Of a DNA stretch of 36,430 nt, positions 11,451 to 23,149 are shown in pieces (the stretch's first letter is position 1; every line of letters starts with the position of its first letter). This stretch comes from Octopus bimaculoides. Taxonomy: Eukaryota. The translations under genes were made by a program, and so were the position numbers. The stretch lies in contig NC_068994.1 of the NCBI RefSeq assembly GCF_001194135.2, forward strand, positions 28,077,242 through 28,113,671, read 5' to 3'. The notes below the pieces were generated by a model. It was not told the DNA's origin. It worked only from the letters and a program-made list of their open reading frames with translations, and did no database searches.

Positions 11451-11954
11451 GCTGGCTCTTTCGTATTTCCTTTACATCATTTTTTCTCTCGTAATACCTT
11501 ATCAAAAATGAATTTTATTCTTGCTAACATCAAGTCTGCGGAAGACTTTCCTGAATTTGTACTTGGATTTGGGGTCGCTTTGTATATTCTTTAGAAATTT
11601 GTCAGTGCTTCGTCGTTACTTGATTCATTCTTCGCTTTTCTTAAAGGTGTCTACAAATCTTTCTATCAGCCCGTTTGACATCGGGTGGTAGGGTGAAGGG
11701 AAATTATGCTTTATCGCATGCCTTTTCAATATCTCGGTCCATAGACAGCCAATAGACATAACTCCTCATCAGAGCCTTCATCCTTGCCATTTCTGGATGT
11801 CTGCTGTGAAACTGTTGCAAGATACCTTTTTGTAATGTAGTTGGAACCACCACTCTTTGGGCATACATCAGAATATCGTCATAAATTGAAAAACTACTGG
11901 CATCTGAATTTTTATTCCGTTTATTTTTTAAAGCTTCTTTTATTTTCATAAGTT
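11451..11954 (-). mobile_element. Ty3/Gypsy pol integrase fragments (Zn-binding region joined by a deletion to the core C-terminus)
   Basis: FSIYDDILMYAQRVVVPTTLQKGILQQFHSRHPEMARMKALMRSYVYWLSMDRDIE, then HPMSNGLIERFVDTFK, IYKATPNP and GKSSADLM. Confidence 0.9.
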
Positions 11955-12144
11955 CGACCCCGAAATGGGCATCATTGTAGCGTCTGATGCTTCTGAACAC
12001 GGATTAGGTGCAGTTCTGCTTCATAAATACGAAAACGGAAGTACAAAACCAGTGGCTCATGCTTCGCGCTCGCTAATAGCAGCAGAGAAGAGATATAGTC
12101 AAGTTGAAAAGGAGGTCTTAGCAATTATTTTTGCAGTTAAAAAA
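11955..12144 (+). mobile_element. Ty3/Gypsy RNase H fragment, inverted relative to the integrase
   Basis: DPEMGIIVASDASEHGLGAVLLHKYENGSTKPVAHASRSLIAAEKRYSQVEKEVLAIIFAVKKFH. Confidence 0.92.
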
Positions 12145-12224
12145 TTTCATATTTATGAAGTAGAACTGCACCTAATCCGTGTTCGGAAGCATCAGACGCT
12201 ACAATGATGCCCATTTCGGGATCG
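11955..12224. repeat. 80-bp inverted repeat (11955-12034 / 12145-12224), 4 mismatches, 110-bp spacer
   Basis: Arms compared base by base. Mismatches at 11958, 11994, 12018 and 12030, all transitions. Confidence 0.95.
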
Positions 12225-12339
12225 CAATGCGCTAACGACGGGTCGGTGATTGGAATTTTTTTTTATTTCTTCAAAAGGGTTCTGGTATTTAGTAGATCAA
12301 TTCCACCTTACTCCTTTTTTTAATAAGTCGTTCAATGGA

Positions 12340-12566
12340 GAGAAGTACGAGCGCCTGTCGACACTCTCTGTTTGCCAAGCTCCCAGCCTTTGTCTACGCC
12401 TAATCTAGCATTCCAGTTCACCAAAAGAAGTGAACCTGGGAAATATCTCATCAACGAACGGAGACCACATCTGCTCACCGTCCAGGTAGAGCCAGAGATG
12501 CCTCAACCTCAGCACATACCTGCGCATCTTTAGCCACGGCATCCCTAACCCACCCTTTAACGGCTG
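12340..12566 (-). mobile_element. L1/Tx1-like non-LTR retrotransposon fragment (post-RT region)
   Basis: Minus strand QPLKGGLGMPWLKMRRYVLRLRHLWLYLDGEQMWSPFVDEIFP...IRRRQRLGAWQ. The GGLG.P motif followed by a W-containing segment is typical after the L1/Tx1 RT thumb. It is cut by a gap. Confidence 0.55.
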
Positions 12567-13599
12567 NNNNNNNNNNNNNNNNNNNNNNNNNNNNNNNNNN
12601 NNNNNNNNNNNNNNNNNNNNNNNNNNNNNNNNNNNNNNNNNNNNNNNNNNNNNNNNNNNNNNNNNNNNNNNNNNNNNNNNNNNNNNNNNNNNNNNNNNNN
12701 NNNNNNNNNNNNNNNNNNNNNNNNNNNNNNNNNNNNNNNNNNNNNNNNNNNNNNNNNNNNNNNNNNNNNNNNNNNNNNNNNNNNNNNNNNNNNNNNNNNN
12801 NNNNNNNNNNNNNNNNNNNNNNNNNNNNNNNNNNNNNNNNNNNNNNNNNNNNNNNNNNNNNNNNNNNNNNNNNNNNNNNNNNNNNNNNNNNNNNNNNNNN
12901 NNNNNNNNNNNNNNNNNNNNNNNNNNNNNNNNNNNNNNNNNNNNNNNNGGGGGGGGGGGTGCATGTGTGCCTTATGTACATATGCAATTGTAATTAGTCG
13001 AGGAAACTCAGATAGATAATCTGTAGAACGTTATAGAAATTTTCCGTGCTACTAATTGATTCGATTTAGAGAACGGGAATCAGTTTGCTTTGTTGTTGTT
13101 TTTTTCTTTTTCTTTTTCTTTTTAAACCCCGGAATTCCCTGGCTTTTATATACATCTCTTGTTTCACATCCCTGCACATCTATGTTAATAGGCACAAAGG
13201 AAAATCTATAGTCGGACCGTAAGAGCTCTAAGCTTTAAACTACCTCTCTATAGGTGTTTTCTTTTACCACATTCACATGCACTGAACAACTGCAAATATG
13301 TATGAGAGTTAGTATTAGTATTTACATAGGTGGATGTGTGGGAATATTTCCATTTCTGTAACCGATGCAGATTTACAAAGCTATCCGTAAGATAAACTTA
13401 TAAATAATTTTAGCAACAATGTCATGTCCTCTGGGAAGGAAACATTTTGGGGCAACTGCTGATAATATAATTGATATCTACCGCACTGATATAACACAAT
13501 CGACATTTTGTATCACAATATGGTGGTTTTGAGGTATTCTTATCTCGAGTATTCAGTAGCTGTCTCTTGTTTCTGAACAGAGTATTTGTCTAAGTGGGA

Positions 13600-13955
13600 T
13601 TTAAATGTGTGTATATGTGTGTGTATATGTGTGTGTCTCTGTCTGTCTGACCGTCCGTCTGTCTGTCTGTCTGTCTGTATGTATGTATGTATGTATGTAT
13701 GTATGTGTATATATATGTGTGCATATAAGTATGCATATATGTATGTATGTTGTGTATGTACGTGTGTATGTGTATGTTTGTGTATGTGTATGTTTGTGTA
13801 TGTGTATGCTTATGTATGTGTATGCTTATGTATGTGTATGTTTATGTATGTACATACTTATGTGCATGTATATGTATGTATTATGTAAGTATTTATGCAT
13901 CCAGGAATGCACATATTTATGTCCACATGTATGTGTATTTCTGTATTTATGCACC
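13600..13955. repeat. Compound (TG)/(TGTA)/(TCTG) microsatellite tract
   Basis: Direct inspection. Confidence 0.9.
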
Positions 13956-14565
13956 NNNNNNNNNNNNNNNNNNNNNNNNNNNNNNNNNNNNNNNNNNNNN
14001 NNNNNNNNNNNNNNNNNNNNNNNNNNNNNNNNNNNNNNNNNNNNNNNNNNNNNNNNNNNNNNNNNNNNNNNNNNNNNNNNNNNNNNNNNNNNNNNNNNNN
14101 NNNNNNNNNNNNNNNNNNNNNNNNNNNNNNNNNNNNNNNNNNNNNNNNNNNNNNNNNNNNNNNNNNNNNNNNNNNNNNNNNNNNNNNNNNNNNNNNNNNN
14201 NNNNNNNNNNNNNNNNNNNNNNNNNNNNNNNNNNNNNNNNNNNNNNNNNNNNNNNNNNNNNNNNNNNNNNNNNNNNNNNNNNNNNNNNNNNNNNNNNNNN
14301 NNNNNNNNNNNNNNNNNNNNNNNNNNNNNNNNNNNNNNNNNNNNNNNNNNNNNNNNNNNNNNNNNNNNNNNNNNNNNNNNNNNNNNNNNNNNNNNNNNNN
14401 NNNNNNNNNNNNNNNNNNNNNNNNNNNNNNNNNNNNNNNNNNNNNNNNNNNNNNNNNNNNNNNNNNNNNNNNNNNNNNNNNNNNNNNNNNNNNNNNNNNN
14501 NNNNNNNNNNNNNNNNNNNNNNNNNNNNNNNNNNNNNNNNNNNNNNNNNNNNNNNNNNNNNNNNN

Positions 14566-14566
14566 N

Positions 14567-14620
<54 letters not shown>

Positions 14621-14640
14621 TAATAATAATAATAATAATA
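14566..14640. repeat. (AAT)n microsatellite
   Basis: Direct inspection. Confidence 0.97.
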
Positions 14641-14693
14641 TCAACATCGAAAAATACCTTAGGAATGAGAACCCAAGTTCGAAATTTCCCCAA

Positions 14694-14739
14694 GACACCT
14701 GATGAAGGCTAGAGGGTATATCAGCCGAAACGTTGTGTT
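14694..14739 (+). ncRNA. Minimal type I hammerhead ribozyme (PLE-associated type)
   Basis: GACAC-CTGATGA-A-GGCT(agagggtatatc)AGCC-GAAA-CGT-T-GTGTT. Stem I is GACAC/GUGUU and stem II is GGCU/AGCC. Stem III is the palindromic ACGU, and the predicted GUU cleavage is after 14734. Confidence 0.8.
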
Positions 14740-14903
14740 AACAACAAACAAGATGAGGACAAATATCCGTCAATTGTAAATAATGTAAATAATATAGTAA
14801 GATGCTGTTTTAGGGATTTTTGTGTGAGTAAACCCATAGTATCCACCGTTAAGATATATTTATTAGGTTTATGAAACCTAATGATAGAGGCCAGAGTTAG
14901 TTA

Positions 14904-15066
14904 CCGGATTTACTCGAGTATATAAGTCGCAGCTCTAATTTTATGTCAAATCTCGGTATATTTTTTCTCCTTTAGTTTTTGCTTTGCCCCGTTTATAAGT
15001 TGACCTCCAGTTATTTCAGTTAAAATCAAGAATAAAATGTGCGGATTTATACACGAGTAAATACAG
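14904..15066. mobile_element. 163-bp MITE with about 28-bp imperfect TIRs and TA target duplication (Tc1/mariner-pogo type)
   Basis: Left end TA|CCGGATTTACTCGAGTATATAAGTCGCA. Right end as reverse complement TA|CTGTATTTACTCGTGTATAAATCCGCA. TA at 14902-14903 and 15067-15068. Confidence 0.8.
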
Positions 15067-16054
15067 TATGTTGTGTTTGGACTGTTCATCTTAAAATGTA
15101 AAATTTTGATGTTCCTGATTGCATGCTACTAATTTAGTTAATTTGTAAGTTGAAATCTCTTGCTTTTTTATTTATTTTTTAATAACTCAACTCTTTAATC
15201 AATTGGTAAATTGTTGGGTTATGCGAAAATGTTCAGTTATAATATCCCCGCCAGATGTAAGTAGCTATTCACGTAAGTAACTATGTGTAGTCAGAAATAA
15301 TTGTCAGACGTTCCAAAATGATAGAGAATCGAGATAGTCAGAGAGGTGGGGAGAGAAAGAAAGAAATAAACAAACAAACAAAGAGAAACATAATGAATTT
15401 AATGGCAAGTACAACAGACACACTATTCATTGACACAGCATATAACATACAATGATGTAGTATTGTACATAACCCGGTCAGAGAATTGATGGACTTGTCA
15501 TCTGGAAGTTTAAAAAACATGAACTATATAACCTCAAACAATAAAGTTACTAACTGAATATGGAAACTGAAATAAATGTTCTCTTCATCAGAAACAAGAA
15601 ATGCTTTTGATCCAAAAATGTTGCCTCTCTCTTCCAGTAACTTCAAGCATCTCCAACGTTATCTTATGTCTCAACACACATCATCTTGAGGATAAAGTTG
15701 GGTGAACTCTAAAAGGATTAGTCTACCGTGTAGATTATTGTACACAACTAATTTAGTATTCCAAATAAAGAAGATAGAAGAAACACTTCAGAAAACATTG
15801 AAATGTTATTAGAAATTCATAAAAGTAAAGAAAGTGACATAACCAAGTTGATTATATAAAGCGAGGGAAAAAATTATCAAATGTTTCGCCATTAACAAAA
15901 CTATTGTGAGTGTAACTTTACGAACTGAAACATTAACAGTGAATAACACTATAAGTCATTATAAAATACACAGAAAGGCAAGGTTTTCTTCTTTTTTCGA
16001 CAATATAAAACTCTAAAGAATTTTGAATGAGAAGAAAATGGCCGCCTATTATAA

Positions 16055-16170
16055 AGGTTGTGTGGTTAACAAGTTCACAACCCTGTGATTTCGAGTTTGA
16101 TCCTATAACGCAGTACTACCTTATTCTACCTTAGCTTTTAACCGATGTCGGTTAATGGATGGAAACAGTA
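16055..16170 (+). mobile_element. Strongly decayed SINE head (family of 6783-7196)
   Basis: ggttgtgtggttaacaagttc, tttcgagtttgatcc, ttctacc.tagc and gatggaaac are colinear with the family head. Confidence 0.5.
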
Positions 16171-16249
16171 CGTGCAATTAGCACTATATCCCTGTCTCCC
16201 TAGCTGGATTTTGAACCCGTACTCTGGTCAGTTGGGGACAATGGTATTT

Positions 16250-17110
16250 CCTTTGTCTTGTCAACAACCACAGCTATTTTTAGCGTAGGAGTGATCGCTG
16301 CCCCTTTCCGGTCAGCGAAAATTCAAAAAAGGCAGGATATGAATTTGCACCAGGCCGACCTTGTTCTGGGAGTGGGTAAAGGAACAGATATACAAGGACA
16401 GACGTCAGTCGAGCTCTGGGAGCCAGCAGGATCGGTTGTGTCGAGTGGTAGCAGTCGTCCGAAGCAGTTGGACAGAGATGAAGTGGAGATGGACAGAGGC
16501 AGTCAGTGAGAGAGGCCGATAGAGACAGAGGCAGTGAGAGAGAGACGGAATTGTAGTGGCAGACTGCCTTGGTCAGTGGAAGTAGCAGACCTGAAGGAAA
16601 CGAACTTCGTTGTGGTAAATGCTTTTATATTATTTTNNNNNNNNNNNNNNNNNNNNNNNNNNNNNNNNNNNNNNNNNNNNNNNNNNNNNNNNNNNNNNNN
16701 NNNNNNNNNNNNNNNNNNNNNNNNNNNNNNNNNNNNGAAACTTGAGACACGAACTTTGCGATGTAAAAATGATTGAAAAGCTTGTAATTGTTTGGAAACT
16801 TTGTCAACGTTATTGAACTGTTATGCCATGTATTGGAATTGTTATTATGTAATGCTCTATTCTAATGTTTTAAATGTATTCTGTGATGTTATGTATGTAA
16901 AAAAGAAAAGGTTACCCAACGCATGGTCTTCGTGTTGTTTCTTCCTCCCCTCCTTTTGCCTGTGTTGTTCTTCATTACGTGCTCCAGCCGGGGCTTTATT
17001 ATCGGTCAGGTGACCGAGACGGGTTGCTAGCTCACTGAGTGTGAACGTTCGCGCGCGCGCGAGGTCTCTCTTCGGCACAGGAGGTGCTTCGCGTGCGGGC
17101 GTTCGTAACA
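16250..17110. mobile_element. Possible LTR or LTR fragment
   Basis: Sharp end ...TTCGTAACA (TGTTACGAA on minus) abutting (TA)n, relatively GC-rich, with AATAAA on minus near 16997. The other terminus and a TSD were not identified, and there is an internal gap. Confidence 0.3.
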
Positions 17111-17745
17111 ATATATATATATATGGAAAGGTATTACCTATGAGAAAGCCAACACACATCTATGTCCGAGATATGGAATAAATTTATTTCTTACATCTCT
17201 TACATCTCGTTGTTCTTGTATATTAATAAGTCAATGGTTTAAGTCAAAATACAAATTCATCTTACAGTTCAAACTGTGGGACTGAAACTTTTCTCAGTGT
17301 AAAAATGTTAGTGGTATACATTTGTTTCTAAAATAAAATCATTAACAAATGAATAACTTGTGTACATACTATTACGGATATAACTATCTCCAACAACATT
17401 TTAATCACATTGTTTGACTATACACATTCGTGATTTTATTTTGTACCGCTATGCACTAGATCTATGTCCGTATTCATAAACAAACTCTTAGTTAATTTAT
17501 ACTTTATAATAAACAGTTTACATAAGAACATCAAATATCTTTTTTGGCTTGATTACACTAAGACTTTTATATTTATATTTATATTTTTATTTTTTATTTT
17601 TAGCATTTTCTGTTAGAGGGAAGTGAGAGAAATACTCAAAATATGAGGCTAAATATTTAGAGTGTTATGACTAATGTTGCAAAAATAATTTGAGAGCATC
17701 CGTGTTCGTTTGTATAGTTAATGTTTAAAAAATATTTATCAGCGA

Positions 17746-18258
17746 CAGAGGTAGTATTAATACCGAGAGTTAATATTTATACTCACTCAAACGTGGATGT
17801 TTTGTTAGAACAAAGTATACTGCGATAGTTACCATGAGAGCAACTTTCATATTGGTTTTTGGTGTGAAATACACTCTAGTTTATATTGCTAACGGGGAGA
17901 TAAATACCTACCATCTCCAGTGATAGACGTTTGACCGCTAGAGATAGCAGCAATTCATCTTCCGCCAGCGATATACAGAATAACAAAGCCAGAACAGGCG
18001 CTGGTGTTGCGATTAGCCAGTGAGCAGGGGATGAGTTGCTTTTGTCTCTAGCAGTCGAACGTCCATCATTGACAAGACCAAGGAAGGCCGAAATCACGTG
18101 ATCGGGTGATCTCTGTGCAGGAGGTGACGGGGACTTATCTCTCCGCTAGCGATATAAACAAGAGTACACTTTGAACCAAGATTCAATACCAGTATAGTTT
18201 GTCGTAACAGAACATCCACGTTTAAGTGGGTTAAATATTACCTTTCAGTTAATCCCTG
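17746..18258. mobile_element. About 510-bp foldback element or long-TIR MITE, superfamily undetermined
   Basis: 17771-17822 (taatatttatactcactcaaacgtggatgttttgttagaacaaagtatactg) is an imperfect reverse complement of 18190-18240. Pairing continues at about 17872-17918 vs 18119-18170 and at 17926-17959 vs 18030-18063. Confidence 0.8.
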
Positions 18259-18439
18259 TGAAAATGTTTGGGGCGCCGAAAGTTAAATCGGAGGTGGTAT
18301 GTCGTGAAGAGTTGACTTCGCTGATATTAACTAAATCAACCTCAGTGGAATCACTGAGGATAGAGCAGTATTGATTCTATCTGCCATTTGTTTAGCACCA
18401 TTGTGGTGTGTGTGGTGGGGGAGGGGATGGTATCTACCA

Positions 18440-18560
18440 TGGAACTGATATGTAAAACTGTGGTCTTCTGATTGATGGCGAATGAATAAAATGATGTTTG
18501 ATTTTGTTTGATATTGTTAGTGACCAAGTGCTCTAGACAGCCCTTCTGATTGTTGTAAAT
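18440..18560 (-). mobile_element. Possible ancient CR1/Jockey-type ORF2 linker remnant
   Basis: LVTNNIKQNQTSFYSFAINQKTT resembles the NIK.NPK.FY.YA..K motif between the APE and RT domains. Confidence 0.35.
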
Positions 18561-18724
18561 GTTTATAGTTCTGCTGCTGATGTTTTGGTGGTTCAAATAT
18601 TCTTATTGCTATTGATGTAGATATAATGATGTATTCACAGTACGCGCGCGTGTATACATACACATATACGCATTGAGCCACACACACACATGCATACTTG
18701 TATGTATATATATGAGTGTGTCTA

Positions 18725-18755
<31 letters not shown>

Positions 18756-19269
18756 NNNNNNNNNNNNNNNNNNNNNNNNNNNNNNNNNNNNNNNNNNNNN
18801 NNNNNNNNNNNNNNNNNNNNNNNNNNNNNNNNNNNNNNNNNNNNNNNNNNNNNNNNNNNNNNNNNNNNNNNNNNNNNNNNNNNNNNNNNNNNNNNNNNNN
18901 NNNNNNNNNNNNNNNNNNNNNNNNNNNNNNNNNNNNNNNNNNNNNNNNNNNNNNNNNNNNNNNNNNNNNNNNNNNNNNNNNNNNNNNNNNNNNNNNNNNN
19001 NNNNNNNNNNNNNNNNNNNNNNNNNNNNNNNNNNNNNNNNNNNNNNNNNNNNNNNNNNNNNNNNNNNNNNNNNNNNNNNNNNNNNNNNNNNNNNNNNNNN
19101 NNNNNNNNNNNNNNNNNNNNNNNNNNNNNNNNNNNNNNNNNNNNNNNNNNNNNNNNNNNNNNNNNNNNNNNNNNNNNNNNNNNNNNNNNNNNNNNNNNNN
19201 NNNNNNNNNNNNNNNNNNNNNNNNNNNNNNNNNNNNATATATATATATATATATATACATATACATGAA

Positions 19270-19891
19270 ATTCTCATCGTTCCGTCAGAAAATTGTCTGC
19301 TACAGCAAAAATAAGCCGAACATCGATGGATCGAGCGCTGAAGGAGGATCTCAGAACCCACCCCTACAAGATGATCCGCCGTCATAAGTTCACGCAAGTT
19401 TATAAGGCCATGAGACTCGAGAGAAGTCGTCTTTTCTTGCTTTAGATTGCTGAAGGCACACACAAACCAACTTGGCGTTCACTAGTAAAAACAATTGACA
19501 TCGAAAAGACAGTAAACCACCAGAATGACCGACTTTAGAGTGTATCTGTCTCCTTCGAGCGTAGACTTGTAAATCGACGTCAAAATCCACAGTCAATTAT
19601 GGTTTGGGAGGCTGTGCCAGCCACTGGCTCGACGCTCGACGCTTTGAAGGTAAAACTGCTCCAGGAGTGGGCTTCGATTCCGCAAGAGCAACTGCGTGCC
19701 GCGTGTGAAGCATTAGCACGCAGACTTAAGGCCGTGATTCGAAACAGAGGTGGTCATATCAAATAAATGTGGTAGTATCGTAATTGTGTTTCCTTTACCA
19801 TTGCATTGCAGCTCTCGGACCCGAAATATAACAATATCTTGCTTTGACAAAAATTGAAAGAAGTTGGTTGCCTTAATTTTAGGACACCTTG
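19270..19891 (+). mobile_element. Tc1/mariner superfamily, maT/mori(DD37D)-like transposon: 3' part with internal deletion and right TIR
   Basis: RSVRKLSATAKISRTSMDRALKEDL..HPYKM, NLAFTS, IEKTVNHQNDRL and QSIMVWEAV, then a jump to TLDALKVKLLQEWASIPQEQLRAAC..RLKAVIRNRGGHIK* (stop 19764-19766). The right end as reverse complement is TA|CAAGGTGTCC, with TA at 19892-19893. Confidence 0.85.
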
Positions 19892-19937
19892 TACATATGT
19901 ATAAATATTTAGTCTATCAAATTCAACTTACTAAACG

Positions 19938-20045
19938 CTAGTGAACCTGAGGCTACAGTAGAAAACACTTACCCAATGTACCGCTTAGATTTGGATCGAT
20001 CATGCAGTAAATCATTTGCGAGGCGGACTTCTCAACAACACATTA
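19938..20045 (-). mobile_element. Decayed SINE head fragment
   Basis: cctgaggctacagtagaaaacacttacccaa matches ccgaggctatagtagaagacacttgcccaa of the 6783-7196 copy. Confidence 0.55.
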
Positions 20046-20349
20046 GCACTTGTGCCCATAACGTAAGTAAAATAAATTAGATTCAACTGGGAAATGAAAC
20101 TTGCTCACAAACGTAATGGCTAGTGACTTCAGCCCTGTCAACTGGAAGTTAGTTATTACAATTCATGAATTTATGAGATGGACCACGATGGAGCCGCAAC
20201 ATCCATTTAGAAACAATAACTGATCAAGGGATGGCTTCAGTTTTAAAGTTGGTCTTAATGGATATAAATGCTAACCATATAAAGGGCGAATATTAATCAA
20301 TGGGGGAATACACAATACACTGAAAAGAACGCGTTCTTCATATATCCTT

Positions 20350-20403
20350 TCTCTATGTCTCTCTCTCTCTCTCTATCTCTCTATCTATCTCTCTCTCTCT
20401 CTC

Positions 20404-20476
<73 letters not shown>
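20350..20476. repeat. (TC)n microsatellite
   Basis: Direct inspection. Confidence 0.97.
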
Positions 20477-20482
<6 letters not shown>

Positions 20483-20857
20483 TTCATTCTCACCTTAGTC
20501 CTTTCCTTTACCCTATTCATTCTTTATCTTTCTTCCTATTCTCATTACTCTTTCTCTTCCTTTACTATTATTTCTCCCTTTATTTCTTCTCATAATCTCT
20601 CTCACTCACTTTCTCTCATTCTTTTGTTTTCTTATATGCATGTGTATCTCTATGTATGTATATATATAAACATATATACATACAAACGTATATACATATA
20701 ATGTGTGTATGTATGTATGCATGTGTATATATATATATTTGTGTGTGTGTATATATATATATATGTATGCATGTATATGTGTGTATGTATATATGTATGT
20801 ATGTATGTGTGTATATGTGTGTATATATATGTATGTGTGTGTGTGTGTGTGTGTGTT

Positions 20858-21588
20858 TTCTTGCCAGGTCATCCATGCTGGGAGATGGTCGGAGGAATTC
20901 TGGGTCAGCACAGGGGTCAGGCAGGGCTGTTTGTTGTCACCGCTCCTGTTCCTCGTCGTGCTGGATTGGGTCACCAGGACGGCCTACACTACCTGCGGGA
21001 AGGGTATTCAGTGGACACATGAACAAGCTTGGACTACGCAGATGATCTCGCGCTACTGTCACGTCGCCTGCAAGACATGCAAGATAAAGTAGACCATCTG
21101 AAACTTCACGGCAAGTGGGCTTCAGGATCAGCCAGGAAAAAACAAGTGTTGCGTATCAACAACAAGCAGGAAGAGCCAATCACAATCGAGGGTGCACCTG
21201 TGGAGGATGTTAGTGAGTTTGTTTATCTTGGCAGCAAGATCAGCAAATCAGGTGGATCAGACGAGAACATCACTGCAAGAAGGCTTGGCAAGCCTTCACT
21301 ATTCTTCGGCCGGTATGGAAGTCCACTGCCATCTCAACTCGAACTAAACTTCGCTTATTTAGTTCAAACGTAAAATCTGTGCTTTTGTATGGCTCTGAAA
21401 CATGGAGAGCCACCTGCAGCAACTACAAGAAGATCCAGACTTTTATCAACAAATGTCTCCAGCAGATCCTCCATCTGAAGTGGTTCGACAGAGTGCCAAA
21501 CACCAGTCTGTGGGAAAGAGCCAACCAGGAGCCCATACATGTTCAGATTAGAAGAAGGAAATGGAGATGGACCGGACACACACTGCGG
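20858..21588 (+). mobile_element. RTE-clade LINE reverse transcriptase, 3' part, frameshifted
   Basis: [77 protein letters not shown] and IRRRKWRWTGHTLR. It runs into a gap. Confidence 0.93.
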
Positions 21589-22199
21589 NNNNNNNNNNNN
21601 NNNNNNNNNNNNNNNNNNNNNNNNNNNNNNNNNNNNNNNNNNNNNNNNNNNNNNNNNNNNNNNNNNNNNNNNNNNNNNNNNNNNNNNNNNNNNNNNNNNN
21701 NNNNNNNNNNNNNNNNNNNNNNNNNNNNNNNNNNNNNNNNNNNNNNNNNNNNNNNNNNNNNNNNNNNNNNNNNNNNNNNNNNNNNNNNNNNNNNNNNNNN
21801 NNNNNNNNNNNNNNNNNNNNNNNNNNNNNNNNNNNNNNNNNNNNNNNNNNNNNNNNNNNNNNNNNNNNNNNNNNNNNNNNNNNNNNNNNNNNNNNNNNNN
21901 NNNNNNNNNNNNNNNNNTATAAATATATATATATAAGTCAAGTTACCAAAATTTTCAAAATTTTGGGTTGATGGGGATATATAATCCAAGCGGGTACCAA
22001 TATGCTCTTCTGCCGATTGATTAAGATAGCGGTCAATATATCCTGCAAAGCCCTTGATGGATTATAACATCATAATGAACGATAAGATGTACTCTGATAG
22101 CGGTGAAATCGTAACGTAGGCGAAAAATATAAGAAATTAAATGATTGCATAAATAATAAAAAATTGGATATTCTCTATTCTGTTTTCTTTAAACTGATT

Positions 22200-22348
22200 C
22201 ATTACTCTGTGTGTGGGTGTGGGTGTATGTGGGGGGGTGTCTGTGAGTCTGTGTTTGTGTGTGTGTCTGTGTTTGTGTGTGTGTCTGTGTCTGTGTGTAC
22301 ATGTATGTACGTATGTATGCATACAGGCACATACAAGCGCATATTGAC

Positions 22349-22395
<47 letters not shown>

Positions 22396-22799
22396 AATAT
22401 GTGCATGTGTATGTGTATCCTTGCATGCATATTATGCGTATATGTGTACATGCATTTATGTCTCTAAGGCCATACGAGCATGTGTTTTAGGTCTGCATGG
22501 TGAGCATACATATGAGCCTGCACTCACGTGAGTGTATCTTCCCTTTATACATGTCTGTTCTGCGTGTGTTTGTATATATGTGTGCGTGTGTGTGCGCGTG
22601 GGTGTGTGTATATGTATGTACATCTGCTTGTATATCTTTATACCGTTGTATTTGAATATACTCGTAAAATATATTTATTCGGACACTCCAGTGTCATTTC
22701 CTCATTATCTCTACTTCCCATCTATTATCTCACTCATACACTCTTTTCATGCGCGCGAGTGTATGCGCATAATATACAATTATGCTTATGCACACATGC

Positions 22800-22831
<32 letters not shown>

Positions 22832-23130
22832 GCATACATACACACACGCAAATAATTATATATCATCCACATTGATGAAATACTTTGAAAGTCCGATATC
22901 AGATATTTCCTCTACTAAACCGTGTACCAAAAAGAACTAATATACGAAGATATTTCTCGTGCTCGCGCATGTGTATACAAACATAAGTACACATATACAT
23001 ATGTGCGCGTATGAATACACGCACATATACGTGTATGTATATATATATATACATATATATACATATATATATATATATATATCAATATCTATAAAATATA
23101 TATATATATATATGTTTGTATATGTATATA
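22200..23130. repeat. Compound microsatellite region, (TG)n/(GATA)n/(TA)n
   Basis: Direct inspection. (GATA)n lies at about 22348-22393. Confidence 0.85.
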
Positions 23131-23149
23131 TACACTGAATTTCATATAT

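Noticed and set aside
12949-12959. G11 run as a G-quadruplex element
   Set aside because: It sits at a gap edge as a single run and is likely a sequencing artefact.
15560-15595. CTGATGAAGAG on the minus strand
   Set aside because: No stem II or GAAA follows.
16195-16250. tRNA B-box-like or primer-binding-site-like segment
   Set aside because: Only a GGTTCAAA-like core is present, with no cloverleaf and no defined adjacent LTR end.
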